The notes below the pieces were generated by a model. It ran no database searches and was not told the origin of the DNA. It saw nothing but the letters and a program-made list of their open reading frames with translations. A stretch of 56,552 bases of DNA, taken from positions 1-56,552 of IMG/VR virus record IMGVR_UViG_3300005512_000042; one strand, written 5' to 3'. The position numbers and the translations under genes are program-made. How positions within the stretch are numbered: position 1 is the first letter of the stretch; each line of letters starts with the position of its first letter. Source of the stretch: a virus. Taxonomy: Duplodnaviria > Caudoviricetes. Below are positions 55,777 to 56,552 of the stretch, one piece after another.

Positions 55777-55932
55777 CTAAACCTCCTTAATTGCATCAAT
55801 AACAAACTCTTTTTCAGTAGAATGAATATGATTAACACAATCATCCATGTCGATACATTCTTCAACGATGATAAACTTGAGTTTATCGGGATTGTCTATT
55901 TGTGAAAGTCGAGCTTGAAAAGTTTTCATCAT
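55777..55932 (-). CDS. Hypothetical protein (51 aa)
   Basis: MMKTFQARLSQIDNPDKLKFIIVEEC...IKEV; stop abuts the repeat. Confidence 0.7.
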   Translation of the reverse strand: MMKTFQARLSQIDNPDKLKFIIVEECIDMDDCVNHIHSTEKEFVIDAIKEV

Positions 55933-56081
55933 TTTGGGCAATCAGGGTGAAAAGTAAATGATTCGCATGTTCTGTTTGAAAACATCTTAGCATCACGATC
56001 TGCTAGGAATTTAAGATAACTTCCAAGAGCAAGACAGATCAAAATTCCAGTGATACCGTATTTTGTGATTTTAGAATACAT
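55929..56081 (-). CDS. Small membrane protein (50 aa)
   Basis: MYSKITKYGITGILICLALGSYLKFLADRDAKMF... Confidence 0.65.
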   Translation of the reverse strand: MYSKITKYGITGILICLALGSYLKFLADRDAKMFSNRTCESFTFHPDCPK

Positions 56082-56238
56082 TGGTCCAACGTGTATGATT
56101 TGCTTTGGTAATTCTACCCTCTGCTAACATATTATCACATACTCGACAGAAAACTTGAAACTTTTCTTCCCTTGTGAGTGCATGTGGTTGAGCACAAGTT
56201 GCAATCACCTTGAGCATTTGTGTTTTAGAAGTGATCAT
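56071..56238 (-). CDS. Hypothetical protein (55 aa)
   Basis: MITSKTQML...LTREEKFQVFCRVCDNMLAEGRITKANHTRWTNVF. Confidence 0.75.
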   Translation of the reverse strand: MITSKTQMLKVIATCAQPHALTREEKFQVFCRVCDNMLAEGRITKANHTRWTNVF

Positions 56239-56369
56239 TTGTTTAGAAAGTGTGCTTCAATAATGTCTAAAATCTCACTACATTCATCAGCAGAGTCTTC
56301 ATCTATCAACACAGAATAATCCTCAACTGCTTCACTAATGAGTTCTAATTGTCGGTCAGTAAACATCAT
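56235..56369 (-). CDS. Hypothetical acidic protein (44 aa)
   Basis: MMFTDRQLELISEAVEDY...; ATGA overlaps on both sides. Confidence 0.65.
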   Translation of the reverse strand: MMFTDRQLELISEAVEDYSVLIDEDSADECSEILDIIEAHFLNK

Positions 56370-56552
56370 CTTAGAACGTGACGATAATCGATGGAATTGA
56401 TGCACCAACCTGTTGCATTTGTAATCTCTTCAATGAGATCATCTTCATCATCTGCTTCCCAGATTTGACCGATTGTTTCATCAATAATAGTTTGAAAATA
56501 TCCTGGTTCCTTATCATAGGAAGCAGAATCATCAAAATCAAACTCAATTTCA
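56366..56552 (-). CDS. Hypothetical acidic protein (5' end outside the window)
   Basis: ...EIEFDFDD...IWEADDEDDLIEEITNATGWCINSIDYRHVLR. Confidence 0.75.
   Translation of the reverse strand, partial: EIEFDFDDSASYDKEPGYFQTIIDETIGQIWEADDEDDLIEEITNATGWCINSIDYRHVLR

Overview
A 56.5 kb segment of a T4-like marine cyanophage (Kyanoviridae-type myovirus); all well-supported genes lie on the minus strand. From right to left in transcription order it holds: (1) 51.2-56.5 kb, a dense block of small early-type ORFs split into units by six copies of a 26-bp imperfectly palindromic element (ACTGRGACACTTTAGAGGCTTCAGTT); (2) 50.6-52.2 kb, a transition zone with four sigma70-type promoters, two with no convincing ORF directly downstream and one of those firing against the gene direction, plus an apparent GC-skew switch that suggests an origin; (3) the conserved late morphogenesis cluster gp25-gp6-gp7 (4365 aa)-gp8-large DUF4815/VrlC-like protein-gp13-gp14-gp15-gp16-[accessory fibre/internal-protein block]-gp17-gp18-gp19-gp20-gp21-gp22-gp23-gp3-uvsY-uvsW (partial), punctuated by T4-type late promoters (TAAATA) and intrinsic terminators. 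The most notable signals are the repeat-delimited gene-cassette array, a putative protease-processed capsid polyprotein next to a protein with a T4-like capsid-targeting sequence, a 59-aa NblA-like ORF missed by the ORF track, and a candidate bidirectional transcription-primed origin. All calls come from motif recognition and synteny by eye; no searches were run.
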